Source: Octopus bimaculoides (lineage: Eukaryota). From it: a stretch of 64,000 nt of DNA. The stretch lies in assembly GCF_001194135.2 (NCBI RefSeq), contig NC_069000.1:3458467-3522466 (forward strand), given 5' to 3'. Position numbers and translations under genes: made by a program. The notes below the pieces were generated by a model. The model saw only the letters and a program-made list of their open reading frames with translations, searched no databases and had not been told where the DNA came from. The first letter of the stretch is position 1, and each line of letters starts with the position of its first letter. Shown in pieces: positions 13,007 through 26,460 of the stretch.

Positions 13007-13238
13007 TTTCTGGGCAGGAAAACTGCCCGTCGCTGGATTACTCGTTTACGTCTACTTTGTAGACTTCAACATAAAACGGCATTTTTATACACGGTTCGAA
13101 TTTTCAGAATAGAGTTAGTTTTTCCAATTTTCAGCTGGTTTACCCAGTCCTCCATGTCAGCTAACATTTTCCCAAATAAAATTTTAATCCACATGCTCTC
13201 TAACGCCGTTGACGCTTCACCAAATCATCAATTTGTTC
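13007..13238 (-). other. Candidate internal exon (non-coding or stop-containing) of a minus-strand transcript
   Basis: Acceptor ctttttatgtctcttgttttttcAG (AG 13240-13239) and donor GAAA|GTAAGT (13006-13001); 232 nt; phase-0 frame reads EQIDDLVKRQRR*; all three frames contain stops. Confidence 0.4.
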
Positions 13239-13529
13239 CTGAAAAAACAAGAGACATAAAAAGATCATGAGATTAAACCTGAACAGCGTGTATATTATAC
13301 GGAAAAAGAATATCGATAAACTGTGCCGCGTTTTCTTTCTGTTTATCGATTTATACATGTATGTATATATGTGTAAATACTTTTACTATAATACATGTGT
13401 GTCTGTGTATGTGCGTCTGTTTGTGTATATAAGTATGTGTGTCTGTGTGTCAGCTATCAAGCTATTGATTTCTGTAATTAGTATATCATATACATGTATA
13501 CATAGAAACATATATGCATGTATTCATTG

Positions 13530-13598
<69 letters not shown>

Positions 13599-13997
13599 CA
13601 GGTGTGTATGGATATATATATATGTTTGTGTGTGTCGTCATTATCATTTTATATGTTTATATATGTATTACACAGAAAGTATAGTCTCACAACAGCAACA
13701 ACAACAGCCGTAACATATTTCGAAATAAAATAACAGTAATTATATCCACATTATATGTGCCACCCCCTTAAGCTAATTGGTTTCGGTGCTTCACCATTTT
13801 CAGTCAGGTATTTAGCATCACTGCTGTAACCTATTTACCTGTTGCACTCTGTGCAGCTGCTTATGTGCACCATTGCAAGCTGCTGTTCAACACCGTGCAA
13901 TTATATGCCTATTAGATTACTTGTGTTGCTATAATCATTATCACTAACTTTATGGCATTACCATTTCACCGTATTAAAATTACTATTAATATTTCAC

Positions 13998-14058
<61 letters not shown>

Positions 14059-14221
14059 GGTGTTATCAATACTATTTGCATTGTAATTAGGATGATGATG
14101 ATGATGATGATGATGATCATCATCATCATCATCATTATCTTCGTTATCATCATCATTTTTAATATTATTAAAGCAATGAGCTGGCAGAATCTTTTCTCTG
14201 GTGAATTATAATGCTATTAAT

Positions 14222-14254
<33 letters not shown>

Positions 14255-14293
14255 AATAATAATAATAATAATAACAATAATAATAATAATAAC

Positions 14294-14329
<36 letters not shown>

Positions 14330-14359
14330 TAATAAATAATAATAATAATAATAAATAAA

Positions 14360-14600
14360 AACAAGAGCACTCAGAAAGCGAAAACCTCCCCCAAGGTTAC
14401 ACCAACGTCCGCTCAATGATTAGCCAGGGATGGTTTTTGAAATGAGAATATCTGAAATGAACTCGACTGCTCTCACAAACGAGAATACTAAAAATGAACC
14501 CGACCACTCTCAAAAATTAAGTAAAAAAAAAAACAAAAAAAAAACAGAAACTAATCCAGAATCCTTGTACAGTACCGGATCTATCCCAAAATTTAATCAC
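14360..14600. mobile_element. Truncated non-autonomous Helentron/DINE-like element (homolog of 47627-48000)
   Basis: Shares gcactc-g-agcgc-a-cct-cgccaagg, cacaaacgagaatac, aaaaatgaacccgacc and gaatccttgt...gtaccggatc...atcccaaaat with the 47627 copy; follows an (AAT)n tract. Confidence 0.7.
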
Positions 14601-15032
14601 ATAGACACACATACATCGGTCTTTCTTAATGCTCTAGTATAAAATATGATGTACGCTAATGGATCTAAGGTTTAGATATGTGAGAAGAAATCTGCTTTGT
14701 GTTGTACACATTTAACTCCCTTTGCTACTCGTTTTGTTTTTCTTTCTTTTCCATTTCGGTTACATAAAGTCATTGAATGATTAACCTCTGGCATCCAAGT
14801 CTCTCTGGGCCCTCCCTCCTCTTTATTGAAAATCTCGCTTCGTATACAATTTCACCATGTTGTTAATGCAGTGTGTTTTACTGCAATTAGCTAATGATTT
14901 TGATTTGTTCCAATATTACATTAGATAAATTCTATGCATACATACATACATTCATACATCCATCCATACGTATGTGCCTACATAAATACGGACATCTATA
15001 TATATACATATGTACATATATACATACGTACG

Positions 15033-15136
<104 letters not shown>

Positions 15137-15347
15137 TATACCTACCTACCAACATATATACGTACATTATTATACACGAACCTTCATACACACATACGTA
15201 CATACCTACATATATAGATACATACATATATATTTATATACGTGTATACTTACATGCATGCGTATATACATATACACGCGCGTACATACATACATCTTAC
15301 ATCTCAGCTTCTTTCTCGTATACGAGCGAAGCCAATGCTAGAAAGAG

Positions 15348-15770
15348 TCATTGAAATGAGTCAATGTTGGTGTAATGTGAGTCCCCTCCATGACTGGCGA
15401 AAGTTTTACACATCCTATTGTATAATGCACAGCAGTGCTGGGTGACAGAAGACACAGGTACCACAGTATGAACTCTTTTGACATGCCTTTTCAATCCTCC
15501 AACTAAGAGGCATGCCTTTCCACATGTTGCACATGTTCTGTTGTGAACAATAGCCATACCACAATTTACCATGGGTCAATTGCTGTGAATTGCCGGATGG
15601 CTGACCAGGCCTGCACGACTCAAGCACCTCCTTCCACAAACCACACACGCAAAAAGCAACACTCCCTCGTTCTGCACAGGTTCATTCCTTCTAAGTCTTC
15701 TAATCCTCTTGTACTTCATTCTTTCTCTCTCAAACCTCGAACATCCATCACAGTTTTGTGCGCACTTACA
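15348..15770 (-). mobile_element. RTE-clade LINE 3' end with tandem C2H2-like zinc knuckles
   Basis: One minus frame with a single internal stop: RFERERMKYKRIRRLRR...CVVCGRRCLSRAGLVSHPAIH SN*...CATCGKACLLVGGLKRHVKRVH...CALYNRMCKTFASHGGDSH. The first knuckle matches the RTE C-terminal CxxCxRxCxSRxGLxSH motif. Confidence 0.75.
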
Positions 15771-16167
15771 TATTTGCATGCAGACGAGTTGTGAGAGGTT
15801 AGATCTAGTCGGTTCGAGCATAAAACAATAAAATATTTTGGCCAGATATGGCCCATTTAAATGTAAAAGGGTCAATGGAAAGAAGGAAAGCGAGTGTACC
15901 AGACATATAACAGCGCATCTTAGCCCTTTTATTCATAATTTCTTAGTAATCCCAAACCAATTAAGCTTGACAATACACTTTGTAGGGATATTTACAAAGA
16001 AATTAGCTGTATTTAAAGACAACCTGGTGTAAGTGTCACTATCTTGGAGGGGTTTTGTTGTTCGTAATGAAAGCAATGGGCCTTGGAATAGGTGTACAGC
16101 CTGACGAGTTGCTTCACTTCGACGCCATTTCAATTGCTGTTTAAAAAATTTATTTCGGTTTACTTAC

Positions 16168-16411
16168 GCCACAAATGCACAGCAAAAGACATAAACGGCG
16201 ACAACAATCATCATCACCATCACCATCACCATCACTATCATCAATATCAGCAGCAGCTGCACCGCCACCGCCACCGCCGCCGCGGGCCACCACAGTCACT
16301 AAATCACTCTCTGAGTTAAACATCACGTACTGTACCATCAGCGAAAATAAATGGCGGCTTTGTGCCACGTCAAAAAGAACATTATGAATTTTAAGTGCGA
16401 TTTAAAAACCG
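16168..16411 (-). other. Candidate exon of a minus-strand transcript (contains ATG at 16338)
   Basis: Acceptor ctttttctctcttctgcacatttttcAG (AG 16413-16412), donor TGGC|GTAAGT (16167-16162); 244 nt; ATG-initiated 57-codon frame exits in phase 0; internal trinucleotide repeats. Confidence 0.35.
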
Positions 16412-17159
16412 CTGAAAAATGTGCAGAAGAGAGAAAAAGCTTTTAGGTTTCAGCGAAAAAAGAAAGAACGTAAAAATTAACTATAAATATANNNNNNNNN
16501 NNNNNNNNNNNNNNNNNNNNNNNNNNNNNNNNNNNNNNNNNNNNNNNNNNNNNNNNNNNNNNNNNNNNNNNNNNNNNNNNNNNNNNNNNNNNNNNNNNNN
16601 NNNNNNNNNNNNNNNNNNNNNNNNNNNNNNNNNNNNNNNNNNNNNNNNNNNNNNNNNNNNNNNNNNNNNNNNNNNNNNNNNNNNNNNNNNNNNNNNNNNN
16701 NNNNNNNNNNNNNNNNNNNNNNNNNNNNNNNNNNNNNNNNNNNNNNNNNNNNNNNNNNNNNNNNNNNNNNNNNNNNNNNNNNNNNNNNNNNNNNNNNNNN
16801 NNNNNNNNNNNNNNNNNNNNNNNNNNNNNNNNNNNNNNNNNNNNNNNNNNNNNNNNNNNNNNNNNNNNNNNNNNNNNNNNNNNNNNNNNNNNNNNNNNNN
16901 NNNNNNNNNNNNNNNNNNATATATATATATATATATATACACATATGTATATATATATATATACATACATGTGTGTTTATGTGTGTGTGTGTGGTACACC
17001 TTGACACGGTTTTGGGGAACAAACTAACAAAGGGGATTCTGGGAGATAAATGATAAGAATGGCGGTGGCGACACAAAACACGACGACGGTGATGTTGACT
17101 GAGGGAGTTGTAGTGTGAGGGTGAATACGCTGATGCTGGTAACGAATATGAAATCAATG

Positions 17160-17430
17160 AGATCAAAATGGGTGAGGATGGTGATGATGATGACGATGGT
17201 GATGAAGATTAAATGACGATGATGCTGATGATGATGATTATGATGATGATGATGATGTCGACGACGATGACGACGAGACAACGACGACGGTGATGACGAT
17301 AACGACGATGATGATGATGATGATGACCATGATGATCTTGATGATGGTGATGGTGATGATGATGACGACGGTGATGGTGATGATGATAATGATGATATCC
17401 GATTATAACGGTGATGATGTTGATGATAAT
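17160..17430. repeat. Compound (GAT/GAC/GGT)n microsatellite
   Basis: Directly visible. Confidence 0.9.
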
Positions 17431-18186
17431 GGTGATATTCTTTTCTTCTCTAGGCAGGGGAGGGGGAACAGTCGATTAGAACGACACCAGTACGAAACTG
17501 TTACTTAATTTATCAACCCCTCAAAAGTGTGAGTGGTATCTGATTTGATCGATGCATTTGGGACCATCTCACAGAAAACAATATTATGGAACCAAAAGCT
17601 GCAAACACCAAACTTCATAGGAAATACTCAGATGGAAGCAATATTTAGAACTGTACACATGTTGAGAAAAGTGTTGTGTCTTTGAGTTGTGGAAAGAGAC
17701 GTGACATAGATAAATTAGAAGAAAAGAGAAAAGGTAATGAAAATAAACACATAAATCACTAATATGTAATTGGAAAGTACTGGAAAACGAAAGCTATGTT
17801 GTAGTTAAATTAAAAGTCAAGTATGAGACATTGTGTTTAAGTCTATGAATTCTAATTTCATCTCCCAATTTTTTCCTCCTTCTAATTCACAGTTTTGTTC
17901 TGTAGTCAATAATTTTTATAACAATACATCAATAGCTGTCATTTGTAACTACATTTTTTTTTCTGTAGAGAGAAGAAAATAAATTGAAAAAGTAAAAAGA
18001 AACTAAATTGGAAAATACTTTTAGTTTTCAGGAATGTGGGCTTACACATGGAAATTACAAAACATATACTCACATATACATATGGATGTATATATGTGTG
18101 TATGCGTGATAAAAGACTTAGTTATATCTATATACATTCGCTTGCATGTATATAGATATGTAAATTTGTATAGAAATATATATATG

Positions 18187-18225
<39 letters not shown>

Positions 18226-18461
18226 NNNNNNNNNNNNNNNNNNNNNNNNNNNNNNNNNNNNNNNNNNNNNNNNNNNNNNNNNNNNNNNNNNNNNNNNNNN
18301 NNNNNNNNNNNNNNNNNNNNNNNNNNNNNNNNNNNNNNNNNNNNNNNNNNNNNNNNNNNNNNNNNNNNNNNNNNNNNNNNNNNNNNNNNNNNNNNNNNNN
18401 NNNNNNNNNNNNNNNNNNNNNNNNNNNNNNNNNNNNNNNNNNNNNNNNNNNNNNNNNNNNN

Positions 18462-18532
<71 letters not shown>

Positions 18533-18761
18533 ACGTATTATCTTTTATTCATTCTTTGTAAATATGTCTCCGTTATAGATTCCGATTTATCATTTTCGCC
18601 ACTCTCTATTTCCTTTGTGATTTCCTTGCAGTATTAAAAGATAAAATCACTTTCACATTCCCTCCTTAATATTTCAAGCCACCCTCTCCCCGTTAATTTC
18701 CTATTTTCTCTCGGATACGAATAAGAGAATCTCCTTTTGAAATTGCCAGATATTCTATTTG

Positions 18762-19180
18762 GAGCTTAGCAGTGTTTCGTCTGTCTTCATGTTCTGAGTT
18801 CAAAATCCACCGAGGTCCACTTTGCCTTTCATCCTTTCGGGGTCGATAAATTAAGAACCAGTTACATACTAGGGTCGATCTAATCGACTGCCCGCTCCCT
18901 TCCCCATCCCTTCCTCTCCCTTCCCCCTCCCTTCCCCAAAAATCTGCGGCCTCTTGCCTAGAGTAGAAAGGAATTGTTAACACACCAGTCAAAAAGCCTA
19001 GCAACATTTCGTTCGACTATATGCTCTGAGTTCAAATTCCGCTGAAGTCGAGTTTGCCTTGTATCCTTCCGGGGTTGGTAAAAGAAGTACTGGTTGGACA
19101 CTGGAGCCGATGTAATTGAGTTACCCACTCCCCCACAACAGATGGCCTTATGCCAAAATTTGCGACCAATTTCACTATTA
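18762..19180 (+). mobile_element. Two tandem 5'-truncated OR-like tRNA-SINE copies (about 18762-18975 and 19020-19180)
   Basis: Each has ctgagttcaaa-tcc-c-gaggtc-actttgcctt...tcc-tt-cgggg and the aaa-gga-tt / gccaaaattt tail. Confidence 0.8.
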
Positions 19181-19551
19181 GTATACTTTTGATGAAATAA
19201 AGTTCACGTTCATTTTCCTTGAGGTTTTCCATATTTCCAAAATTTTCTCAATAGTTAGTAGGAATTTATTTCATTTACTGCACTTTATAAATAATTTTGC
19301 ATTTTCTGAGCTAAATATGGCGTCTTAGTTATATATAGCGCTGTTAAAAGGTATGTTCTATGTTTTTTGGCGTAAAATATACGAGATTGGACGATAGAGT
19401 AAATAGTTGTTAATTTTTAATAGGTTTTGCTCGCACGTCTATTCCGCTAAAATTCCAGATTCTGTTTGTCTTTTAAACAAAAATATGGATGCAGGTGAAA
19501 AGAAAAATAGTGAACTGGAAGAGAGGCAAAAAAAAAGAAAATGAAATAATC

Positions 19552-19608
<57 letters not shown>

Positions 19609-20126
19609 GTCAAGACGAAGGGTGCGATTCCATTTTAATATATTTTATTAGTTCAACTAATTTCATTAGTTCAACCAATAAAATATCTTCCAATCGAATC
19701 GCACTTTTCGTCTTGACTGTTTACCTTTGTGAAGAGTTACGTCAATCCTTTTTAAAATATNNNNNNNNNNNNNNNNNNNNNNNNNNNNNNNNNNNNNNNN
19801 NNNNNNNNNNNNNNNNNNNNNNNNNNNNNNNNNNNNNNNNNNNNNNNNNNNNNNNNNNNNNNNNNNNNNNNNNNNNNNNNNNNNNNNNNNNNNNNNNNNN
19901 NNNNNNNNNNNNNNNNNNNNNNNNNNNNNNNNNNNNNNNNNNNNNNNNNNNNNNNNNNNNNNNNNNNNNNNNNNNNNNNNNNNNNNNNNNNNNNNNNNNN
20001 NNNNNNNNNNNNNNNNNNNNNNNNNNNNNNNNNNNNNNNNNNNNNNNNNNNNNNNNNNNNNNNNNNNNNNNNNNNNNNNNNNNNNNNNNNNNNNNNNNNN
20101 NNNNNNNNNNNNNNNNNNNNNNNNNA

Positions 20127-20230
20127 GAAGAAGAAGAAGAAGAAGAAGAAGAAGAAGAAGAAGAAGAAGAAGAAGAAGAAGAAGAAGAAGAAGAAGAAGA
20201 AGAAGAAGAAGAAGAAGAAGAAGAAGAAGA
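20127..20230. repeat. (GAA)n microsatellite at a gap edge
   Basis: Directly visible; source of the poly-E ORF. Confidence 0.95.
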
Positions 20231-21254
20231 AATTTCCAGTAATAATCTAACGGTTTACTGATTCAAAAACAAACAAAAAGATTCCTTCATCATAAAAAGA
20301 AGTTTTAGAGTCAGATGTGTGAAACATTTTTCTTAAATTAAAAAAAAAAACAACAGGTAGCAGTTTATTTTGAAATTGAAAAGATACATGCTGAAAAACA
20401 AACAAGGAAAAATTCACTTACTAGCACCGTATTACAAAGAAGTATTAGATGGAAGCGGTTTAAAAAGATATTACCAAACAACCTCAAACACAAAAGTAGC
20501 ATGCGATTAGAAGTGGAAGACAAGGTATATCGTCTTGAAAAGCTCACTGATTCATTCAAAGCGCTGTAACGTCTTTTCTTTGAATTAGAAAGTATTGCAC
20601 TTCCAACATATTGCAAAACATTTAATAAGAACATAATTTTTTTAAGCACATATAATATTGAATGTGGCCTTTTCGATTATACATGAGCGCAGTTGAAAAC
20701 TTTAAAGTAGATGTTATTATAGCAGATCATACATATCTAAGGAAAAGAGGAAACAGCTTCGGAAAATTATTTTAATTTTCAACTAGAAAAGATTAAAAAT
20801 AAATATAAAATGTGAAAAAGAAACCATGACAATAAGATATCAAGACTAGACAAAGCATTGAACTGCTAATATGAGAAGAAAAGAAAAACATTTTAAATAC
20901 GAAAACGATACCAAGAATAAAATCAGACCGAATTCATAAATCAGACGACGATAAGCATTGTCAAAGTCGTAAGGAATGATATAATGTAACAATATTGGGA
21001 AAAATCTATAAAAACGACTTCGTCAACGATCCCCTTAACATATCAACACCGAGAGGAAAATATCTTTACACAGAGAAGAACAAATCTACTCTATGAGCAA
21101 GGGCAGATAGAAAAAGAGTTCTCGTCTGACGATTGCAGACGTGTGGTCCAGGTGTTAATATAAGATTATACATTCAGTTTAATTAAGTATCATATATTAC
21201 AGAATTGATTGGGTTCTTCCGGTTTTGATACCTCAGTGGCACACACACATATAG

Positions 21255-21375
21255 GGCTGGTTTTCACACAGGTACCATGTACCAAATTCACTCACAATCC
21301 ATCGATCCATTGGTTACAAGACACTTATCGAAGGGAGAAAATCCGAGCACATGTGGCTGCAAAGTGAATGTTTGT
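21255..21375 (-). mobile_element. Degenerate OK-like SINE
   Basis: accaaattcactcaca...aagacactt...catgtggctg pattern (reverse orientation). Confidence 0.5.
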
Positions 21376-22299
21376 TAATCATGGAACAGTAAATGCGCCA
21401 ATGTACACAAACACCCACACATACCCTATTAATTACTTTTGTACAGAGACATGATGTGAACGTCCGTGCGTATGTGTGTGTGTGTGTAACAGCTCTTATG
21501 AAATAATTTTTTTTTTCATATCAAGAAGCTCACAAAATGAACCTATCTTACTCTGTCATCTGTCATCACAGAATTGCTTGGTAACATTCATTTGAATTCC
21601 ACGATATCTACATTCAAACAAACCTCGAATATAGATATCGAAAATTCCTATCCGCATTTAATTAAAATGACGACATAGAGCTAACTGAGACACGGTGACC
21701 AATCACACACGCATACGACGGGTACTGTAAGATAAATATTGCCAGACTATTAACCGTTAAAATATTGTTATATAACTCAGTAACCCATTCTCAGTTCTCC
21801 TCTCAACAGCTGCTCTATATTTTATTAACTAATATTTTTTTCTTTACATAACTATGTGTTTTACTTCTTCCATCTATTTCATAACTAAACGGCCATTTAT
21901 ACGCCTTTTTAATCTTATATATTTCCATTGATGTTTATTCGAAATTTTTTTTAATATTTTATTTTTCTACACGTTCATATACTAAGTAATATTTTAATCT
22001 TTCATAGACCTGGTATATTTTAATGCTCGTCGGAACATATTTTCAGTGAAAATTAATTTAATATTTTTTTTTTCTTTTAATATTCTCGAAAAATGTGTGA
22101 ACCTACGAAAATGAATGAAAAAATGCCTAGAGAAAATTTCATTAACTTAAACTGAAAATGTTTTAGATTTTTGCTAATAGTGACAATTTTCGTAAGTTTT
22201 GTGCAAAGAGCTATAAAGGAACGAACGAGATCGCGGCCAGCATTCGGTTCACATCTGCAATTGAAATTCTACACACGCGCTTCTAATATAGGTTTAAAA

Positions 22300-22510
22300 T
22301 ATTTGAATAAGATCAGCAAGTTTGGGGAACGATTTAAGTCGATTACCTGGGCCCTGTGATCGAATTGTACTTGTTTTATCCCTCCCCCCGCCCCGCCGGA
22401 TGAATGGCAAAGTCGACCTCTGCGGGATTTGAACTCAGAATCTCAAGACGGACGAAATGCTGGTAAGTAATTTTGCCCGGCGTGCTAACGATTCTGCTAG
22501 GTCACCGCCT
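22300..22510 (-). mobile_element. OR-like SINE (left partner of inverted pair)
   Basis: ggcaaagtcgacctc...atttgaactcagaa...gacggacgaaatgc...gcccggcgtgctaacgattctgctaggtcaccgcct. Confidence 0.85.
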
Positions 22511-22522
22511 AGGTCACCATCG

Positions 22523-22735
22523 TGCTGGCAGAATCGTTAGCATGCCGGGAGAAATGCTTAGCCGTATTTCGTCTGTCGCTACGTTCTTAGTTCAAATTCA
22601 ACCGAGGTCGATTTTGCCTTTCATCCCTTCGGGTCGATGGAATAAGTACCAGTTATGCACTGGGGTCGATGTCATCGACTTACGTCTCCCTACAAATTTC
22701 AGGCCTTGTCCCTATGATAGAAAGGATTATATATA
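22523..22735 (+). mobile_element. OR-like SINE (right partner of inverted pair)
   Basis: gctggcagaatcgttagcatgccggg...agttcaaattc...ttgcctttcatcc...gatagaaaggattat. Confidence 0.85.
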
Positions 22736-23354
22736 AAGATAATTACATACATATATTTTTGTGTTTGTGTATGTATATATATATGTATTAGTATATATAA
22801 GCATCCGTTTATATATGTTTATATTTTAGGTACTTCCCAATTTCATAAATTTATGAACGCTACCTTTTCATATTTATTTCCCTTAATTCCTCTATTATTT
22901 TTTTCCAAACTCCATTTTCGTTCACATATATTCCATTTACCATTCACTATTTATATATTCTTCAATTTTATTGTTATTCCCCTCGTATTTCCATTTCTTG
23001 TTATATATTTTTATTTCATGAATTTCTGCAACTATTTTTCTTTACTGCAGCAAAATTTACGATGTCGGAAAGATAATTATTTTCTTGCTGCTTTGTTTTT
23101 TTGCTCCTTTTATTAAATTTTGGCGTTCTTTTAGTTCAACTCCCTTTAGCTCTGTGTTGGCTTCTAATGTTCGTGAATATATCTTCGGTGTGGAACCTTT
23201 ATTATCTCAATATTGCAGATGATTTTCAAGACTCAGAAACAATAAAAGATTCTTAGCAAAATCTTTGGGTTTCGTTTCAGAATATAATATAACAGTAATT
23301 ATATGTGTGTGTATGTGAGTGTGTGCATGTGTGTATTTGTTTGTGTACACACAC

Positions 23355-23419
<65 letters not shown>

Positions 23420-23427
<8 letters not shown>

Positions 23428-23570
23428 ACGGGCTTCTTTCTGTTTCCATACCAAATCCAGTCGCAAATCTTTGGTCGACCCGAGGCTGTAGTACAAGACA
23501 CTTGGACACTTGACCAAGGCACGACGCAGTGGAACTGAAACCGGAACCGTGTGGTTGTGAAGCCAGTTGT
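23420..23570 (-). mobile_element. OK-like SINE
   Basis: gacgggcttctttc-gtttcc-taccaaatcca...ggtcgacccgaggct...aagacactt...gcagtggaactgaaaccggaaccgtgtggttg. Confidence 0.8.
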
Positions 23571-25484
23571 ATCTCCTGTGTTTATGTGCGTGCGTGCGTG
23601 CGTGCGTGTGTGTGTATATGTATGTACGTGTGCGTGTATGCTTCTATACATCATACTTCAGTGATAGAAGTCTTTGAAAGCATTGGTGAATGCAGTATAA
23701 AGAATTCAGAGAACTGCTTCATCACAAGTTCTCAAACAAAGTATTGAAACCAAAAGCAAAATAAATAGAAAGGTTGGCATTTTAATCTCGATCAGTAAAT
23801 TTCGGTTTCTGAAAATGGTTATTATTATTATGATATCTACGTTCCTTCTATTCTAATTAAACATTTACCTTTTAGATTAAAACACACAGAAAATATGGCA
23901 GGATATGAACTTTTGAACCTAACTTCTTAAGCAACGATAATTCGAGGACTTTTTTCACATTTGGCTTTCTCCAAACCCAATAATCTATATTGAACAACTT
24001 GCAACAAAGTTTATTTATTAACCCTTGTATAACCTCATCCACAAAACTAGTGTAATTCTTAGTATTCAATAATCTCTAATTAACAGATTACCAGCCACTC
24101 GCACCCCACCGCTGCCACTAACTTATCACCTTTATCTACTTTCTGTTTTAATCTATATTGACTCACACAGCCAATAATCCGTACATTAACAAATTTCCGT
24201 TTATTTATGATCGAAATATAATATTTTAGAAGCAAATTCACGCAACATTCATTTCCTAATACCGGATATTCTAGCTGTGATCGATCACTGAAAATATTGA
24301 TTTTTTTTTTCCTTCCTTACTGCAGTACAAAAACTCGTTTTTATACATAATGGGAAAGCGAACTTGATACACAATAGCAAATAGTTTTGGCCACCCTGCT
24401 GTCTCTTCATTGATCATATCATTTTCATTTCGTTCTCCTAGTCAAAAGTCCGTTCTACAGACCGCTGGACAGTCGTTGCTCAATTTACTTTCGTTATTTT
24501 TGTTGGTATTAGCTCAGGTCACTTATGAACGAATAAACCTAGGAACAAACTTGTTCAAGCTATGTTCAAACAATTTTTATATAAGTTACACTTTATAGTC
24601 TATCCTATATTCTACACTTTATACTTATATTGTATTCTCTATACTTTATAGTTTGTCTTAAAAACACCAAAAATGATGCATAATTTTCTTGCTTTTTTAG
24701 ACGATAGGTCAGCTGGGTATCAAAACGCTTGCGTTTAAATCTTTCAGTGCGAAATTAATTTTCGTGGTTATTCAAATGTGTGTGTATACGACAGGATTTG
24801 CTGAGATTTCATTTACGAAATCAACTGAAAATCCTTCAAGAGGTCCGGAGTTACATTAGAGGTGACTTGCGCAATGTGTCGCATACCATTTGGTTGGGTA
24901 GCAAGCTTCTTACACAGCCACCATATATGTATGTATACATATATGTATGTATACAGTATATGAGACTGAAATACAGATTGTTTTTGTTTTTGGTGTATAA
25001 GTATTCTCTGAATTAAAAAAAAACTACAACAATATAATTATGAAGCTGTGATTTATTATATTTTCAAATAAAAATAACATCTCTACATGAAAGCTTGCAA
25101 GTTCGCTTGATATAAACAATGTAGAATTCTATCTGATTTTTTGCTGTTGTTGTTGTTTATTTGGTTGCTTCGTTTTTTGTTTCTTTTTTGTTATTTCAAA
25201 CTATGTTTATAAATTAAGGTAACACTGCACATATCATTTCAGGCGTCGACTATTATTCACTAAATGTTAACGTCGAATTCCGTTGTGTACGTACAAATGT
25301 CATCTTGTTATACAATCTGATTTTACAGTTTGGCAGGTGAAAATGCCATATTAACAGTCGTTCTTACACACACTCACATACACAACACATATCTCATGAA
25401 TATACGAAATCAGACACACACAAACACACACCATACACACACCATACATACACACATAGATGGATATAAAGATATATGTATGCA

Positions 25485-25558
<74 letters not shown>

Positions 25559-26460
25559 CATATATATATGCATACACACACACACACACATTCATAATAC
25601 AAGAGCATGTGTGTGGTAAGTTTGTGTTCATGTGTGAGTCCTGAAACAAGAGCTGTGAAGTAAATATAAATATATATTTCAGTGAAAATATCTAATATAG
25701 AACTCAATATGGTTGTAGAATTTATACGCATATTTATTGTATGAAATGATATGTGCAGTCGAGTACGAAACACTTCAAGCTTTTTGGTAAAGATGTTTAC
25801 GTCGAATTTTCCAGATACGAAAATACCGTACATCGTTTGACCTTAAGAAGGACTTGATTGGCAACCGCTAAGTTAACTTTTCTTTCACTCGTTTTGATTA
25901 TTTCTGTGTTTCTACTTCTTCTAGTTGTACTCAAAAGCGGTGAAGTTGGTTTAGCTATTCGACTATATAGTCTCCTGACTATGATGTTACTGCAGTAACT
26001 GTTTTCAACAATGATGGACCCGATGGCTGCCGTGGAAATTGTTGCTGTTGTTGTTTTTGTTGTTGTGGTGGTGGTGGTGGTGGTGGTGGTGGGGTGCTGT
26101 CATAAGGTTAAAAGAACAAGAAAACCAAACGCAACTTTAATGTCTTCGAGGAAAAAAAAAGGTGGACACATTAGATAATAATGTTACTCTATCTGCTGGA
26201 ATTTCCAGTGAATGGTGATGTCGTTGTTGAAATAATGGGCGACATATCTGGTAAAAGAAAGAATATCATAGTAAAAAAACAACTAACGTTCATAATATTT
26301 ATGGAGATAAGATACAAGTTCCCTGACTCTCGAGTTCACGATACGGTTTTGATTCGAAGTAAATCTAGTGCTGTTTTCATGTCTTCATTTCGTTTACGCT
26401 GGTTATGTTCTCAAGACTGTGCGAAAGAACTATAATGGCATTCCATTCCTCCATTAAGGT

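Noticed and set aside
20370-21110. Possible Penelope-like element N-terminal region (KILPNNLKHK; SLHREEQIYSMSKG)
   Set aside because: Only two short, weak motif resemblances in very A-rich sequence; cannot be supported without a profile search.
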